This document shows, in pieces, positions 27,244 through 40,546 of a stretch of 64,000 nt of DNA. The stretch covers positions 310,001 to 374,000 of the forward strand of contig CBFFRQ010000013.1 of the NCBI GenBank assembly GCA_965644315.1, read 5' to 3'. The translations under genes were made by a program, and so were the position numbers. Origin of the DNA: Caecitellus pseudoparvulus. Taxonomy: Eukaryota; Protista; Bigyra: Bicosoecida. The notes below the pieces were generated by a model, which saw nothing but the letters and a program-made list of their open reading frames with translations, did no database searches and was not told the origin of the DNA. How positions within the stretch are numbered: the stretch's first letter is position 1; each line of letters opens with the position of its first letter.

Positions 27244-28363
27244 CTACTCCTCAGAGTCCTGGCGCCCGGCGGCGTCGTCGTCCTGGGACACGGCCACTTC
27301 AGAGAGCTCGACGCCGGAGGAGGTGGCGTCAGCGGCGGCAAGGGACTCGCCCCCGGTGCCAGCCCACTCAGAGACCTCCCCAGCCATGAGGCCCTCCCGC
27401 GCGGGGTTGTTGGCATCCTGGGTGCCAATGTACAGCCCCAGTCCGATGAGCCAGACGGGCAGGATGATGAAGCCGATGGTGCCGGCGATGAGGCCTGCAA
27501 TGACGCTGAGCAGGGCCCAGTTGCCGAAGCGCGCCACCTCGATGAAGAAGTTGATGATGCCGAGGATGCCGCCCACCGTGCCGACGTGAGCCACCCACCG
27601 GGGCAGCTGGCCCACGGAGTAGACGAGGCAGGAGATGGTCAGCAGGCCCACGCCCAGCAGGAGCTCGTCCAGGGCGAAGAGCCAGGTGTTGCTGCCCCGC
27701 GCCACGAGGTTGGCCAGCGTGAGGGCCCGGAGGTCGGACGGCTCCAGGGTGAAGGAGCGGTAGATCCAGTCGGAGACGGTGGCGCGGCCGGCAGCGACCA
27801 GCAGGCCGTAGGCGGAGATGACGGCGGCACCGGCGAAGCAGGGCACGAAGATCTTCACGCTGGAGTACCGCTTGCCGAAGAGCTCGGCCAGGGACAGGAC
27901 AGCGGGCAGCGCCGCGATGGCGGCCAGGGCGCCGACGATCTCAAACGCGAACTGCAGGAAGCGCCACTTGTCCTGCACGTTCCAGTAGTGCCTCAGGCAG
28001 TCATGGTCCAGGTGCTGCACGTCGTCGAATCCGCAGCCTTCGTCATCTTCCTGGAAATGTGCAGGGGGCAGGTGTGAGTGCATCGCAGCTACGTCAGCAC
28101 GCCCTGCAGCGGCGCAGCTCTCACCCTGCTCTGCTCGACAGCGTAGGCGATGACAAGGGCAGTTTCGACAACTGCGGTTCGTGGCGCGCGTGCAGAGTGA
28201 CGGGGGTGAAAGGAACACATGCTGCGCTGGGCTCAAGCTCTGGTGCACTGCAGCAGCACCACTGCTGCCAGCAGCACACGGGTCACGCACAGGTCAAGCC
28301 TGCAGCGGTAAAGGCCGCATACTTGGCACTCTTGAGGTCCCAGCCCGTGGAGGGGGCGTCCAT
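27244..28363 (-). CDS. Multi-pass membrane protein of unknown function
   Basis: MDAPSTGWDLK... with two 5' introns, then about five hydrophobic helices and strong GC3 codon bias. Confidence 0.7.
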
Positions 28364-28607
28364 GGCGAGTCTGGCGGAGGAGCGGTGGGCCAGGTTGTGA
28401 GAGGAGCTGGCGCAGCAAGGAGTGAGAGCAGGCGCACCTTGAAGTGGGTGTGACGGCGCGCGAAGCTCTTGCAGCCTGGCGCAAACGGGAGGTCTAGTCA
28501 CTTGGGAGGGAGTGCGAGGCGTGTGAGAAGTGCCGGCGCTGCCGCATGGCTGCGCCTCGTCCGCTGCCATCCGGAGTGCATTTCCTGCGTTCCCTTGCCC
28601 AGCGCGT

Positions 28608-30622
28608 CTACGCCTCGTCACCCGACGAGGAGTCCTCGCCGCCAGCAAAGTCAAAGGGCGCAAAGGCGTCTCGGAAGGCCCCCGTCATGCCCTGCTCCTC
28701 CTCCGTGCTCAGCTTGCAGTCGCGCCAGTGCTTGCGGTGAGGCAGCTGCAGCAGCACGCACAGCAAGTCCCGCCCGAACTGCAAGGGGTGTGTGCCGCCC
28801 TCCGGCACCACGTGCAGGAACCTGTGCACGACAGGGGCGCTCTGAGCCCCCGCTGCCTCCCCTCCGCCCTCCTCCTCCTCCTCTCCCGGGGCCGCCTCAG
28901 CCAGGTCGCCTGACGCTTCGCCTGGGACATGCACCTCCACGAACAAGTACTGCTTAGGGGGCCCGCCTGGCAGCTTGGCGGCTGCCTCTTGCAGTGTGAC
29001 GCCCTGGGGCAGGGTCTGGAAGGGCACGCCGCAGCGCCGGCCCTCGGCCAGGATGGTGGCTGGCGCGGCGACGGCCTTGGCGCGGGGCAGGCCCACTGCC
29101 TGCATGTGCGTGTGGGCGGGGTTGCGCGTGACCACCACCCGCTCGAAGGTGACCAGGAACTGGTCCTTGGCGGCGAAGTACGCCGCCAGGGCGCCCGTGT
29201 ACCGGCTGACGTCCTGCAGCAGCGGCGGGGGCGGAGCAGCCAGGGAGGATGCGTGCTCGATGGGCACGATAAGGACGTGGTCCCCGTTGATGCCGCCCTT
29301 GGGCAGGGCCAGGTACGCCGCATCGGCGACGCTTGCCACCAGGTGCTTCTCGTAGCCAGAGCTGGACATGCAGAACCAGCACTCGCGAGGGGGGGGGGGA
29401 CCCCTGCCTTCCCCTCGCGGCCGCTTGCCCTGTCTGTGGGCGGGGTTCCCCGAGTAGAAGAACTGCTGCTGGCCCTTGGCGGCGGCAGACGCCTCCTGCT
29501 GCAGGCGGAAGAGCTCCTGTGAGGTGAGGGGGCGGCGTGAGCAGGGTACGGTGTCGTGACGAGTGTGGCGGTGGGAGGCAGCGGAGCGGAGGACGCACCG
29601 CCTGGGAGAGGGATGTGTCCGCTGCAGCGCGTGCACGTTTGAGGCCACCCAGAGCACTGCCGCCTGTGTCTGAAGGCGCACCAGCAGCGCCTGCCGCTGC
29701 TGCACTGGAGTCCGCAGGTGGCACCGTCGCCGCTGCGTGAGTATACGGGTTGGGGGTGGTGCCAGGCGGGGCGGGGGCGCCGGCGGCTTCCGCAGCAGCA
29801 GGCGTGATGGAGAGGGCGTGCAGGTACTTGAGGGCCTTGTCCTTGGAGGTGTTCACGTCGCCCAGGGCCACGAGGCGGGTGGTGGTGGCGGGTGCATCCC
29901 CCCCTGCTCCGGCGTTGGGGCCGGCGTTGCTGTACGGCGGGCGTGTGTAGAAGACGCCGTACTGCCCGGCAAAGTGGTAGCGGGGACGCACGGCCGTGGC
30001 CAAGCGCGCCACGACGGCGTTGCCAGCAGCCGGGAGGATGGGCGCGCCAGCGGGCAGCGTGGGCAGCAGCTGGCTGGGCACGTTGCGGTGGAAGCCTTGG
30101 GGCCACTGGCATGTGAGCAGGACGTCCACTGGCGAGTCCCCCACGCTCTGCACAAGCTTGTCCACGGCTCGGCGGTCGGCTGGGACCCCCGAGAGGTATG
30201 CCACTCGCAGGCCGGCCACGGTCGTCACGCCGCTGGAGCCAAGAAAGTGCAGATTGGGGGCGACCTCGCCCCCTGCGGCGGGGAGCAGTGCGGAGACGGC
30301 AGGAGAGGCAGTGTCTGACCCAAGGACAAAGTGAACGGGGAGGGGTGCGGTGAGGCTGCCTGCCTGCAACTCATCTGCAAGCCGTGGAGGGGGCAGGCGT
30401 GAGCAGGCAGCTGCGAGTCGATTTCCGCAGCGCAGCCGGCGCACCGAGCAGGTCTGGGGACGCTGCATGGCCTCCTTCAAAGAAGTCACCGAGCACGAAG
30501 CACGCATCAAATGGCCCATGTGCTGAGGCATTCAGCTTGGCCAGGCGCTCCAGCAGCGGCTTGAAGTGGCCCTTGGGAGGCCCCGACACCAGAAGCTTCA
30601 CCGGTTTGGCTGACTGCGCCAT
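28608..30622 (-). CDS. CWF19L1: CWF19-like protein 1 (Drn1; metallophosphatase-like plus CwfJ domains)
   Basis: KLNASAHGPFDACFVLGDFF, VDVLLTCQWP, RPRYHFAG and CWFCMSS...LALPKG...HVLIVPIEH. Two introns. Confidence 0.9.
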
Positions 30623-30740
30623 GGCAGCGAGCGGACGTGCTTGGCCCAGAGCAGGAGCACACTCCACCACCCTGCACTGCGATTGAAGAGTTGCATTGGG
30701 TGCAGAAAAGTGCGCCTGGCGGTCGTGTGGAGCGTGCCGC

Positions 30741-33700
30741 TCAGAATTCGGCGTCCCACCCCGACCCGTCATCCGTGTATGGCACGATGGTCGCCTGGGG
30801 CGTCTCTTTGAAGTCTTCGAACATGCTGACGTCAGTCTTGCCCTGGATGCCGGGGCGCACCGGGGGCGGCATGGTCTTGGCGTCCAGGTCGGCCCAGCTG
30901 AAGCCCTTGAACCACCAGTGGCGTCGGATATCCTCCTCGCCCCCCACCAGGCATCCCAGGCGCTTGGAGGGGGATGGCTCCAGCAGCCGCGCGATGAGGT
31001 CTTTGGCCAGGTCGTCCGTGATCTTGCTGGACCAGCGGAAGGTGCCCCGGAGGATCTTCTTGTAGATCTTCCGATGGTCCCGCCCCTCGTGGTCGGCGAA
31101 GGGGCTGTACCCCGCGAACATCTCGTAGATGAGCACGCCCAGGGCCCAGTAGTCCACGCCCTTGCCGTGCCCCTTGCCCGTGATCATCTCCGGGGCGATG
31201 TACTCGGGCGTCCCGCACAGCGTGTACGTCTTGTCAGGCACGTACTTCGCGAAGCCAAAGTCCACGACGCGCAGGTACCCCTCTGCGTCCAGCACGAGGT
31301 TCTCGGGCTTCAGGTCGCGGTAGACGATATTGCGGCGGTGCAGGAAGCCCAGCACAGACGTGACGACAGCGGCGTAGTACTTGGCCACAAAGGGCTCCAG
31401 GCGCCCGCCCAGGCGGGACATGAGGCCAAACAGGTCCCCCCCCTGCAGGAACTCCAGCACCAGGTACAAGCTGTCGGCCGTGTTGAAGGTCTTGACGAGG
31501 TTGAGGATGTACGGGTGCTCCCGCACGCGCATGAGGATGCTCTTCTCGTTCAGCACGTTGCGCTGCTGCTTCATCTTCACGATGCGCGCCTTCTGCATCT
31601 GCTTCAGCGCGTACAGCTTGCCTGTCGGGCGGTGCTTCACCAGGGTCACCTGCCCAAAGGCGCCCTCCCCCAGCACTGCCATGAACTCCAAGGAGTCCAT
31701 GGTGACGTCAGTCGCCACACGTCGGAACGAGTGCACTGCAGCACGCAGACCCGGCACCGCCTTGCCTGCTGCTGCCGCCGCCGCCCCAGCAAGGGAGGGA
31801 GGCCCTCCGGACGTCTCCCGCTTGTGGCTGGCCACTGGGGGCGCCCGTGCGCTGGAGTTGCCGTCGGTGCCCGCCCCAGCGGCAGCCGAGGCGGCGGCGG
31901 TGGGGGGTTGCAGGGGTTTGCCGGGGGTGGAGGCGAAGCCGACGGGGCCACTGTCGGCGGAGGAGGCGGCAGGGGCGGTGGCGGGGCCGCGGGGTTTGAA
32001 GGCGGCGGTGGGGATGACGGTGCGGGTCATGCCGGGCTGCCCCGGCACGGGCTCCGGCTCCCCCCCCTCCTTCACCTCCTGGATGGTGTGGTGGGAGGTG
32101 GCGAGGTCCAGGCTGAGGCCCGGCCCCCGCGCAGCGCCCAGCTTGCCGCGGAAGCCACGGATACTGTCCATGCTGCCGCGCTTGGTGCGGTGGGCGGCCG
32201 ATGGGTGTGTCCCCGAGGCGGCCTTGCCATCCTCCCTTGCGCCGCTGCCACCGTCGGCGGGGTGCTGGGCAGAGGAGTCTCGAGTGCTTTGTGTGCCCTG
32301 TGCGCTGCCGCCTCGGGCGAGGGTGGGCGTCGGCACGAGGGACTCCCCTCTGCCGACGCTGCCCGCCTTGCGGGCGAGGGCCAGCATGCCGACGAAAGAT
32401 CGCGTGGCTCGCAAGGCAGCCACCTTCTCCGCCACCATGCGCTTGGAGTGCGCCGCCTCCATGGCTGCTTTGAGGCTGCCCAGGATGGCGGTGAAGTCTT
32501 CCCGCACCAGGTACAGGCAGGTGACGGCGCCCACGGCGTAGACAGAGGCCTGGCGCTTGACGTTGTGCAGCAGGCTCTGCTCACCAAAATGCGCGCCAGT
32601 CTGCAGCTTCATCAGCTCCACCTCCTCCACGGGGCCGTCCGTGTCGTCGCCGTCCTGGGCCTCCGTGAGGCCGATTGCCTCGGCCGGCGCGCCAGAGGAG
32701 CTGAGGGCGCCCACATCTGACGTCAGGGTGCCCACTGTGGAGGTGCCGTCCGAGTCGGTTTCTGTCGCGGACGTGGTCGTCACCTTCATGCGCTTGACGA
32801 CGCGCACCATGCCCTCTGTGACAATGTAGAAGACGTTGCCCTCCTCGCCCTGCTTCACAATGCACTCCTTGTCATGGAAGGTCGCTGGCACGAGGGCGTC
32901 TGCCAGCGTGCTCAGCTGGGCAGAGTTCAGGGACTGCAGCAACGGCACGCGTTTGAGGAAGCCGATGTTCTGCTGGTGCGCTCGAGCAGCAGACGTGACG
33001 ACGATGGCTCGGAACACAGAGCGGGTCAGCTGCCACGTCGTGCTGGGCACCATGGCCGTCACTGATGCCGCTCGTGGCTCCGAGTACAGCATGGCAAGCT
33101 CGCCAAAGCCAGCCCCAGGGCGCAGGACGCCGGAGCGTTTCCCCCCCTGCTTCACCACGGCCTGCCCCGACGCCAGCACGAAGAAGCAGTCCCCCTCCAC
33201 ACCCTCCTGCATGATGGTCTCCCCAGCTGCATGCTTCGCGAGGGTGAACGCTTCAATGACTCTCTGGCGCTCTGTGGTTGACAAGTGCCCGAACAGCAGC
33301 GTGCGGTCCATGCTGCCTGATATCATGTCACTGCAAGGGCGCGGGGAGGGGGAGGCGTGCATGCACGGGCGTGGCGCGGCGGCAGCTGCAGGGGGCTCCC
33401 CACACACCTCTCTTCCTGGCTCTTCAACACGCCGCTCTCTGGCCGGAACTTGGCGGGGGAGGTCGGGCCACCGGCACCTTCCTTCGCGGCGTGATACGCA
33501 TGCAGCTCAAACGTGTCCACAGGCCTGCGAGCGGGGGAGGGGGGCGGGTCAGTGCATGGCAACGTGTGCAATGCAGGGCAACGTCGCCCCAGCATCCGGC
33601 CAGACGGGGCGGCACCGGAGTTCGGTTCCGCCAGCGCGGTAGCGTTGGCGCACGTCGCGTTGCGACGCCGAAACACTGCACACACTCGCGAGCAAGGCAC

Positions 33701-34831
33701 TCACAGGACATTGTCTCGGCGCGTGCGGGTAGTGTTGCGCATGATGCGGAAGCTCTCGGCTCCCTTGAGCAGGCGCCCCTCTGCGCCGCGAGCGTGGCGC
33801 TGCGGGAGAGACGGCTGTCCCTCAACAGTTCCAGTAACCATCATACCATCTACGACCGCCTCGTCTGGCACAGGGCCGCCGTCTGCGGCAGGTTGCAAGG
33901 GTTTCGACGTCTCCCCCTCCTTATCATGCAGGGCCCCGAAGGCCTGGCTCTGCTGGCGCTTGTAGGGGCTGGGTGGTGGGGCGCCACCTGGCACGTCACC
34001 ATACTCTGAGGGAACGCCCGACCCGCCCATACCGGTGGCGGAGGACAGCATGCTCATGCGGTCATCTGAGACGCGCCGGGCAGAGGACAGCCCCTGCTGC
34101 ACGCCCATGCCCCCCTGATCCTCTGTGCCGGCGCTGCCGAAGGCGGTGGCGTGGACTGACGTGCCGCGCACCTCTTGCTGATTTCCGCTCAACGTGCGCA
34201 CGTGCACGGAGGGCTCATGGCGGATGACGCCTGCCTCCAGGCCAGTCTCAGCATCTTCCTCGAAGGCATGCACGCTCTCTGTCTCGCTGGTGCCGTCGTC
34301 CAGCTCGGACTTGGCTGCGGAAAGCGACGAGGCTGCCTGCCCCTCGCCTGTAACACTGCGCTCGGAAGAGAAGCCATGCGCCTTGGCAGGGCGCGACTCC
34401 TCGCCGCCTGGAGGTGTGCCAGAGCCATTGCCTGGCATTTTGCCACGCATGTCCACTTCGGAGCCGCCCCTGTCCAGGGCTGTGCTGGTAATGCTCACGC
34501 CATCACGGTTGGTCATGGTGGAGGCAGCCCCCGTGCTGTCTCGCCGCATGCCCTGCACAGCCTGCACCTTGCCGCCGGGATTGCTGGGGGGCTTGGGGCT
34601 TACAGGTGGCGTGATGGGGGCGTGTTGAGGGTCGGTGGAAGGCTTGCCCGTCGCGGCGACGCGCTCTGCGCCGCTGTCGTCGAAAACGCTGGAGGTTGCC
34701 TGCGAACCCGTCGTGGAGCCATGCCCCGACACGCCGCTGCTCAGCTCGGCTGGCAAGTCTGGGTGCTCAGCTGGCAAGGCATCCTCGCGCTCTGAGGGCA
34801 AGACAGCAGTCTTGCTGGCGCCGCAGCCCAT
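30741..34831 (-). CDS. Cyclic-nucleotide-dependent protein kinase (PKG architecture: two cNMP domains plus AGC kinase)
   Basis: MGCGAS acylation motif; cNMP cassettes FGELAMLYSEPRAASV and FGEQSLLHNVKRQASV; kinase motifs GEGAFG, YRDLKPEN, DFGFAK, TLCGTPEY; C-terminal WDAEF. Confidence 0.9.
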
Positions 34832-35294
34832 GGCACTGGGTGACCAACTTCCGCTCAAGCCCTTGCTTGTCCTTGTCGTTGGGCGCGCGCGGGCGGGTGC
34901 ACTGCTGCTGTCCACGCGCGGCAGATTGGCCTCTGCGTGGTGAGTGTAGGTGGCTGTATTTGCGGTGCAGTGGTGTTTGATGGCTCGTGGAGAGTGCCAG
35001 CTGTCACCCGATCCTCAACCCCCACACGTTGCGCTGGGGCTGTCCACATCGAAGACCCTCACGCAGCGTTGCCATGCTGTGCCGCCCGATGCGCCTGGAT
35101 CCTACGGGGGAGGGGGAAGTGAAGGCACCAGGCCGAGGTAACTGCTGACCAGGCGCGCCTTCTTGCGCACTCCCTGGTTCGTGCTTGGTTGCTTCGTTGA
35201 CCATGCTTGGCGCGCTCACTCGCGAGCGCTGGGGTTCGTGCTGTGGCACTCAAGCCGCCGCTGTGAGTGCAGGAGAGCCAAGGGGCTGTCAGGG

Positions 35295-38200
35295 CTACCT
35301 AGGCCAGGGGCTGTGGCGAGTGCTTGTGCTCGTCGGCGTCGCAGGGGCCGGCAAACTTGGCCTGCCACCTTGCGGTGTTGCAGGTGCAGAGCGTTTCTGC
35401 CACTCAAGCGCTGCATCTGCCTGCTGCTCGTAGGGGAGGCCATTTTGCAGAGCTGGAGGCAGCGCCTTCCCATGGTGACTGAGGGCCTCTGACGCTGTCG
35501 CCACGAGCGCTGCGCGTTCGTTGGCTGCCAGCGCAGCGACGTGGTTGGCGTGGGCTTGCAGCTTCGCGAGAGCGGCTGACGAAGCTTGCCGCTCTGCCTG
35601 TGCAGTGGCTTCCCGCTGCGCGGCCAGACTGCGTAGGGAGCTCAACGCCTTGCTCAGCGCCCCCACGTCCTTCTGGTGTGCCGCCTCCGCGGCGGCCAGG
35701 GCGTTGTTCAGCTGCTGGGCTGCGGCCCGCGCCGCTTCGGCTTCTGCGGCCAGCGCATTTGCACGTGACTTGGCCGCAGCCTCCCACGCCTCGCGCTGGT
35801 CAGCGAACAGCGCGGCAGCCTCCGCTTCCTCCGCCTCTGCACGCTGCTTGTGGAAGGCGAGGTCCTTGGCCAGGGAGCTCTCCCGTGCCCTCACCTCCTG
35901 GTCGCGCCGCAGGGTGGCGGCACGCGCGATTGCCAGGGCTTTGCGCAACTGCGCCAGCTCCTTGGCCAGCTCCGCCTCCCGGGCGGCGGCGGCGCGCTCT
36001 GCGGCTTCCTGCTCCCCCCGCAGCGTGCGCACCTTGGCCACTGCTGCCTCCACTTTCTCGTTGGATGTCCGCACAGCTGCTTCGTGCACCTCCGCCTCGC
36101 CGTCTGCCTCCCGCTGCGCCGCGGCAACTCGCTCGCCCACGGACGCAGCCGCCTGCGCAGCGGCATCTGTCCACGCCGTGGCTGCAGACAGGGTTGCGGC
36201 GATGGCGGCTTCGTACTCGCCGTTCAACTTGTCCACGCTGGCAGCCAGCGCCTGCGCCGCTTCGCCTAAGGCGCCGCCTGCCCCGGCACTTGCAGCCTGT
36301 GCCGCCCGCAGTGCCGACGCAAGCGCTTCGTGCTCCCGGGCCAAGCTTGCCTGCAGCTCAGCCGACGCCTCCGCCAGCGCAGGCGATGGTGTCACTGGTG
36401 CTGCTGTGCTTGGCGTGGCCAGGGCGGCTTCCAGGCGCGCCTTGGCGTCGTTTGCCTCCTGCGTGCAGCGCTGCAGTGCACTGACCGCGGCCTGCTCGCT
36501 GGCCTGACTAGCCGAGTGCAGCGCCGAGACGTCGTCGCTGCAGCTATTCGCACGGGCCACCGCGCCCTGTGCTTCCTTGGACGCAGCCGCCACGCTGGCC
36601 ACAGCCGCGTCCCACGCCGTCTGGGCCGCGGCGGCAGCTGCCCCAGCTGGGCTGGTCGCGTGCCGGCCTGCCTCGGCGGCCGCCAGCGCCTGCCGTGTGC
36701 GCTGCAGGTCTGCACGCACCTCTGCCAGCTCGGTGTCTTTGGCAGCGGCAGAGGCCGCCGCACGCTCCCGTGTGGCGGTCAGCTGGCCTTCCAGTGCGCC
36801 AGCCTTGGACCGAGCCGCGGCGGCCTCTGCCTCCAGGCGCGCCGCCTCCGCCGCCGCGCTGGCCCGCAGTGCGCGCAGTTGCTCCAGGGCTGCCGCCTCC
36901 CCCTCGCGCGCCACGGCAGCGGACACCTGTGCCTCTTTCAACTCTGCCGCTGCTGCGCCGCGGACGGACGCCAGCGTGGCTGCCGCCGCCTCCGCCGCCT
37001 CTGCCGCCTCCGCCGCGCTGCGCTTGCTTGCCTCCTCAGCGCGCTTTTGCTGCGCCGCAGCAGCCTCCTGTGCGCGCTCCAGGGCAGAGGCAGCTGCAGC
37101 CACCTTGTTCGTCATGTCTGCGATGGCCTTGGTGGCGGCCGTCGTCGCCGTTGCGGCAGCGGCCTCTGCCTTGCGCTTGGCTTCCAGCGCGGACTGCAGT
37201 GCTTGCGAGGCCTCTGCCGCGGCAGCCTTCCGAGTGTCCTCGGCGGCACAGGCCGCTGCTTTGGCCTCCTTCACGCGTGCTTCAGCCGCCTCTGCTCGCG
37301 ACGTCGCTTCCTGCAGCTGGCTGTGCAGGGCTGCCGTGGCGTGTGCGTGGGCTGCGCGCTGCTGCTCCAGCTCCCGCCGCAGGTTGCCCAGGGTGACTGA
37401 CAGCTCCTCCTCCCGCGCCCGTGCCGCCTGCAAGTCCTTGGACGCCGCCGCAGCGGCCTCCGCAGCAGCTATCTTCAAGGCCTCTGTCCCTGCAGCTGCC
37501 GCCTTGGCAGCCTGAGCCGAGGCGGCAGCGGCCTGTTCCGCGGCAGCCTGCACCTTGGCGGCCTCGGCCTCGGCCGCTGCCACGCGTTCGTCCGCGGCCA
37601 CACGGACGCGCGCAAGGGTAGCTTTCGTCTCCTGCAGTGCTTCCTCTGCAGCTGCTGTGGCGGCTTCCGCGGCTGCTGCGCGGGAGTCAGCCGCCGCGCG
37701 GACAGCGTCAACTTCCGCCCGGGAAATGTCACCCCGGGCGCTGTGTGCAGCGTCCCGCTCAGCCAGCTCTTCCTGCAGGGCTGCGACTTGCTCCAGACGA
37801 TCATCTTCCGATGCTTCCCGGGCTGCGATGGCGTCTGCCAGGCGGCGTTTGAGGGAGGCCACTTCCAGCTCCAAATCCCGCGCCGAGCCGCCTGCTGCGC
37901 GCAGTGCGTCCCGCGACAGCGCCTCCACCTGCCCCCGCAGTCGTGCGCACTCATCCTCCAACGACGCTTCCCGGGTCGCCGCCTGTGTCACGGCTGCTGC
38001 AAGCTGTTTCTCAGCCGCTGCGCGCTCAGCAGCGCCCGTTGCGTCCTTGGCTGCCAGCGTCTCGCGCGCCGCTGCGAGGGCGGCGGACAGGGCCTCCACT
38101 TCAGCGCTGCTGGTGTCGTTGGCGCGCTGCAGGGCCTCGCGAAGGGCCACGAAGTCCTCCATCGTGCCGGCTCGCAAGTCAGACATGGCTGCGTCGCGGG

Positions 38201-39145
38201 ACGCGACGCGTTGCTCCGCCTCCACCACCTCGGCCCGCAGCTGCTGCACTGCACTAGCCCACCGCGCACTCTCCGCCGTCACGGCAGCTGCCACCAGTGC
38301 CTGGGTTTCCTGCGACGCGGAGGCCACTGCGGCCGCAACACGCCCATCTGCACTGCCGACACGGCCCTGCAACGCCGCCTGCAACGCAGAAATGGCGGCG
38401 GCTTGTGACTCCAGCTGGCTCGCGGCGGCAGACTGCGCTGCCTGCGCCGCGTCGCGGTCAAGACAGGCCTGCCGCGCTTCAGCGCGTGCCTGCAGCAGCT
38501 CGGCGGCAGAGGAGGCGGCTGCGTCGCCCCGGGCGCCGCTGTCTGCTTGCGCGTCGGCAAGTGCTTGTTGCAACGCGTGCACTTCTTCCCGCAGGGCGGT
38601 CAGCGCAGCATCCTGACGCGACGCCTCCTGGCGCAGGGAGCGCTGGCTCTCCTCGGCATGCCGGCGGGCAGTCTGGTGGGCGCGGGTCAAGGCTGTGTGT
38701 GGGGGAGGGTCTTGCAGCGGGCCTGGCGCTTGACTCACCTCTGCCTCGTGCGCTGCCCGCTCCCGCTCCGCCTCCACGGCAGCGTGCACTGCGGCGGAGA
38801 CGCCCCGTTCGCCCTGGTCCAGCACCTGTTTCAAAGCCTCATTCTTCTCCTGCAGAGGTGGGAGGGGGAGCGGTGAGAGGGGCACGCGGGCTGGGAGCGT
38901 GCGGAAATTGGTCCCTTGGCGCCCAGTGCAGCCAGTGGCGCCAAAGCGGCGCACAGCGGCAGGGAACACTGCCTCACCTCCAGCTCTTTAATGTAGGCAT
39001 CCTGTGCTTGGACAATCTGCTTTGTCACAGCCAGACGCTCACTCTGCGAGCTAAAGGGTGGCCCTGTGTGATGCAACGGAAGCTGGGCGCGACAGGCAGC
39101 CTGCATTGGACGCACGTCAGTCGCGGGCGTGCTGGGGGCAGCCAT
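35295..39145 (-). CDS. Long Ala/Glu-rich coiled-coil protein
   Basis: More than 1200 aa of heptad-rich ORF with short 5' exons (intron 38977-38850 and others). No family recognised. Confidence 0.65.
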
Positions 39146-39400
39146 GGCATGCCAAGTGAACCCACTCAGCACCTTACGGCGACCCTGCTTGGTGTGTGTC
39201 ACGTCCGGGGTGCGGGGTGTGTGCAGTTTTGCTGCACGTGGCGGGGTGTCAAATTCTCATCTGTATGTGGAGTGCATTGCAGGGCACTGCCCAAAACCGG
39301 CCAGGGTCCCACATACCCACCACATTGTGTGACGTGTGGGGCATCAGGTGGCAGCTGTCGCCGGGCTGCATGCGCCAGCTGCCGACATGGGGAAGGGAGC

Positions 39401-40080
39401 TTAAGCGGAGGCCTTCTTGGAGACGGCCTTGGTGCCCTCCTTGAAGCCGTTCTTGAAGCGGCGGGGCAGGGTCTTCTTGAAGCTCATGCGGCCAGTGCCC
39501 TCAGTGCGACGGCGCTTGGACTTGGCGGACCAGTTGAAGCGGCGCATCTTGGCCTGGGGGAAGCCGCAGCTGGAGCACTGCTTCTTCTGGATGTGGAAAG
39601 AGCGCACGCCGCATCGTCGGCACAGAGTGTGCGACTTGTCGTTGCGGGGCCCCTGGCTGGTGGTACCCTTCGTCTGCACAGGAGGGAGGGGCAGAGCAGG
39701 CATGTGAAGCCAGTGTCACTGAGCAGACGCAAGCCAAGCAGCAGGCAGGCAATCCGCGCTGTCAGCGTGTGGGCAGCACAGCACACGCTCAACAAGATAC
39801 AGGTCCATGTCCCTGCCACCAGCGCCAGCACGGGCGTGGCCGAAGGCGTGTCGGGCAGCCGAAAGCGCCGTGGTCGGGCGCAAATTCCGCAGCACCCCCC
39901 CGCCCAGCACTCCCTGCCGCGCGCCGCCTGGGCCACGCAACCCGCCCCACACATGCGTGCAAGATGGGCAGCACATGGACAGCGCACAACGCCAGCCTGG
40001 TCCGCCAGCACCCCGCCGCATCATGCCGTGCTGCAAGCACAAGACACAGGCAGGGTTCATTCGCCGACTGCACGCACCAT
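39401..40080 (-). CDS. RPL37: 60S ribosomal protein L37 (eL37)
   Basis: ATG-only exon 40080-40078, intron 40077-39674, then [22 protein letters not shown]...CSSCGFP. Confidence 0.97.
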
Positions 40081-40240
40081 CTTGACTGTCCCTGTTTGTG
40101 CCTGCACACAATCTAGCTGCTGCCAGAGCAAGGCTGCAGTTCTGAAAGCACGAACTAGGAGGTGCCCGGTGTCGTCTTGTGAAGTGCAGGCTGCAGAGTG
40201 GTGCTAGAAAGGCGTTTCCTTTGTGGGCGCCGTTTTCGTC

Positions 40241-40258
40241 GTGCGCGAATGATGCAAA
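40241..40258 (-). promoter_or_regulatory. 18-bp motif TTTGCATCATTCGCGCAC upstream of RPL37
   Basis: Exact copy of 15255-15272 upstream of RPL18. Confidence 0.6.
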
Positions 40259-40546
40259 AATGAGTTGCAGACGCGCCGCTCGAGCCCGCCAGCCCCCCTC
40301 CCGCACACTCGACAAGCTGAATCCCGCTCACCGCCCAGAGCTCTACACGCGTCAATTCATCGTACCTGAGGAATGATCCGGGCAGTGCCGCGGCCCCCAA
40401 CCCACTCAATACCCGCTTGCTCGGGCCTGCATTCTTCACGGCACAAGCTGCGAGCAGCAGAATCGTCGTGGCACCAAGGCAAGCCCAGAAGCTGATCGCC
40501 AGCCTGTCATCCAGATCCTAGCGGTGTCTGCATTGATTGCCACACC

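Noticed and set aside
39674-40077. Possible snoRNA in the long RPL37 intron (short stem followed by ACA; ATGATG word)
   Set aside because: The hairpin is too short, there is no complete C/D or H/ACA architecture, and I could not identify a guide.
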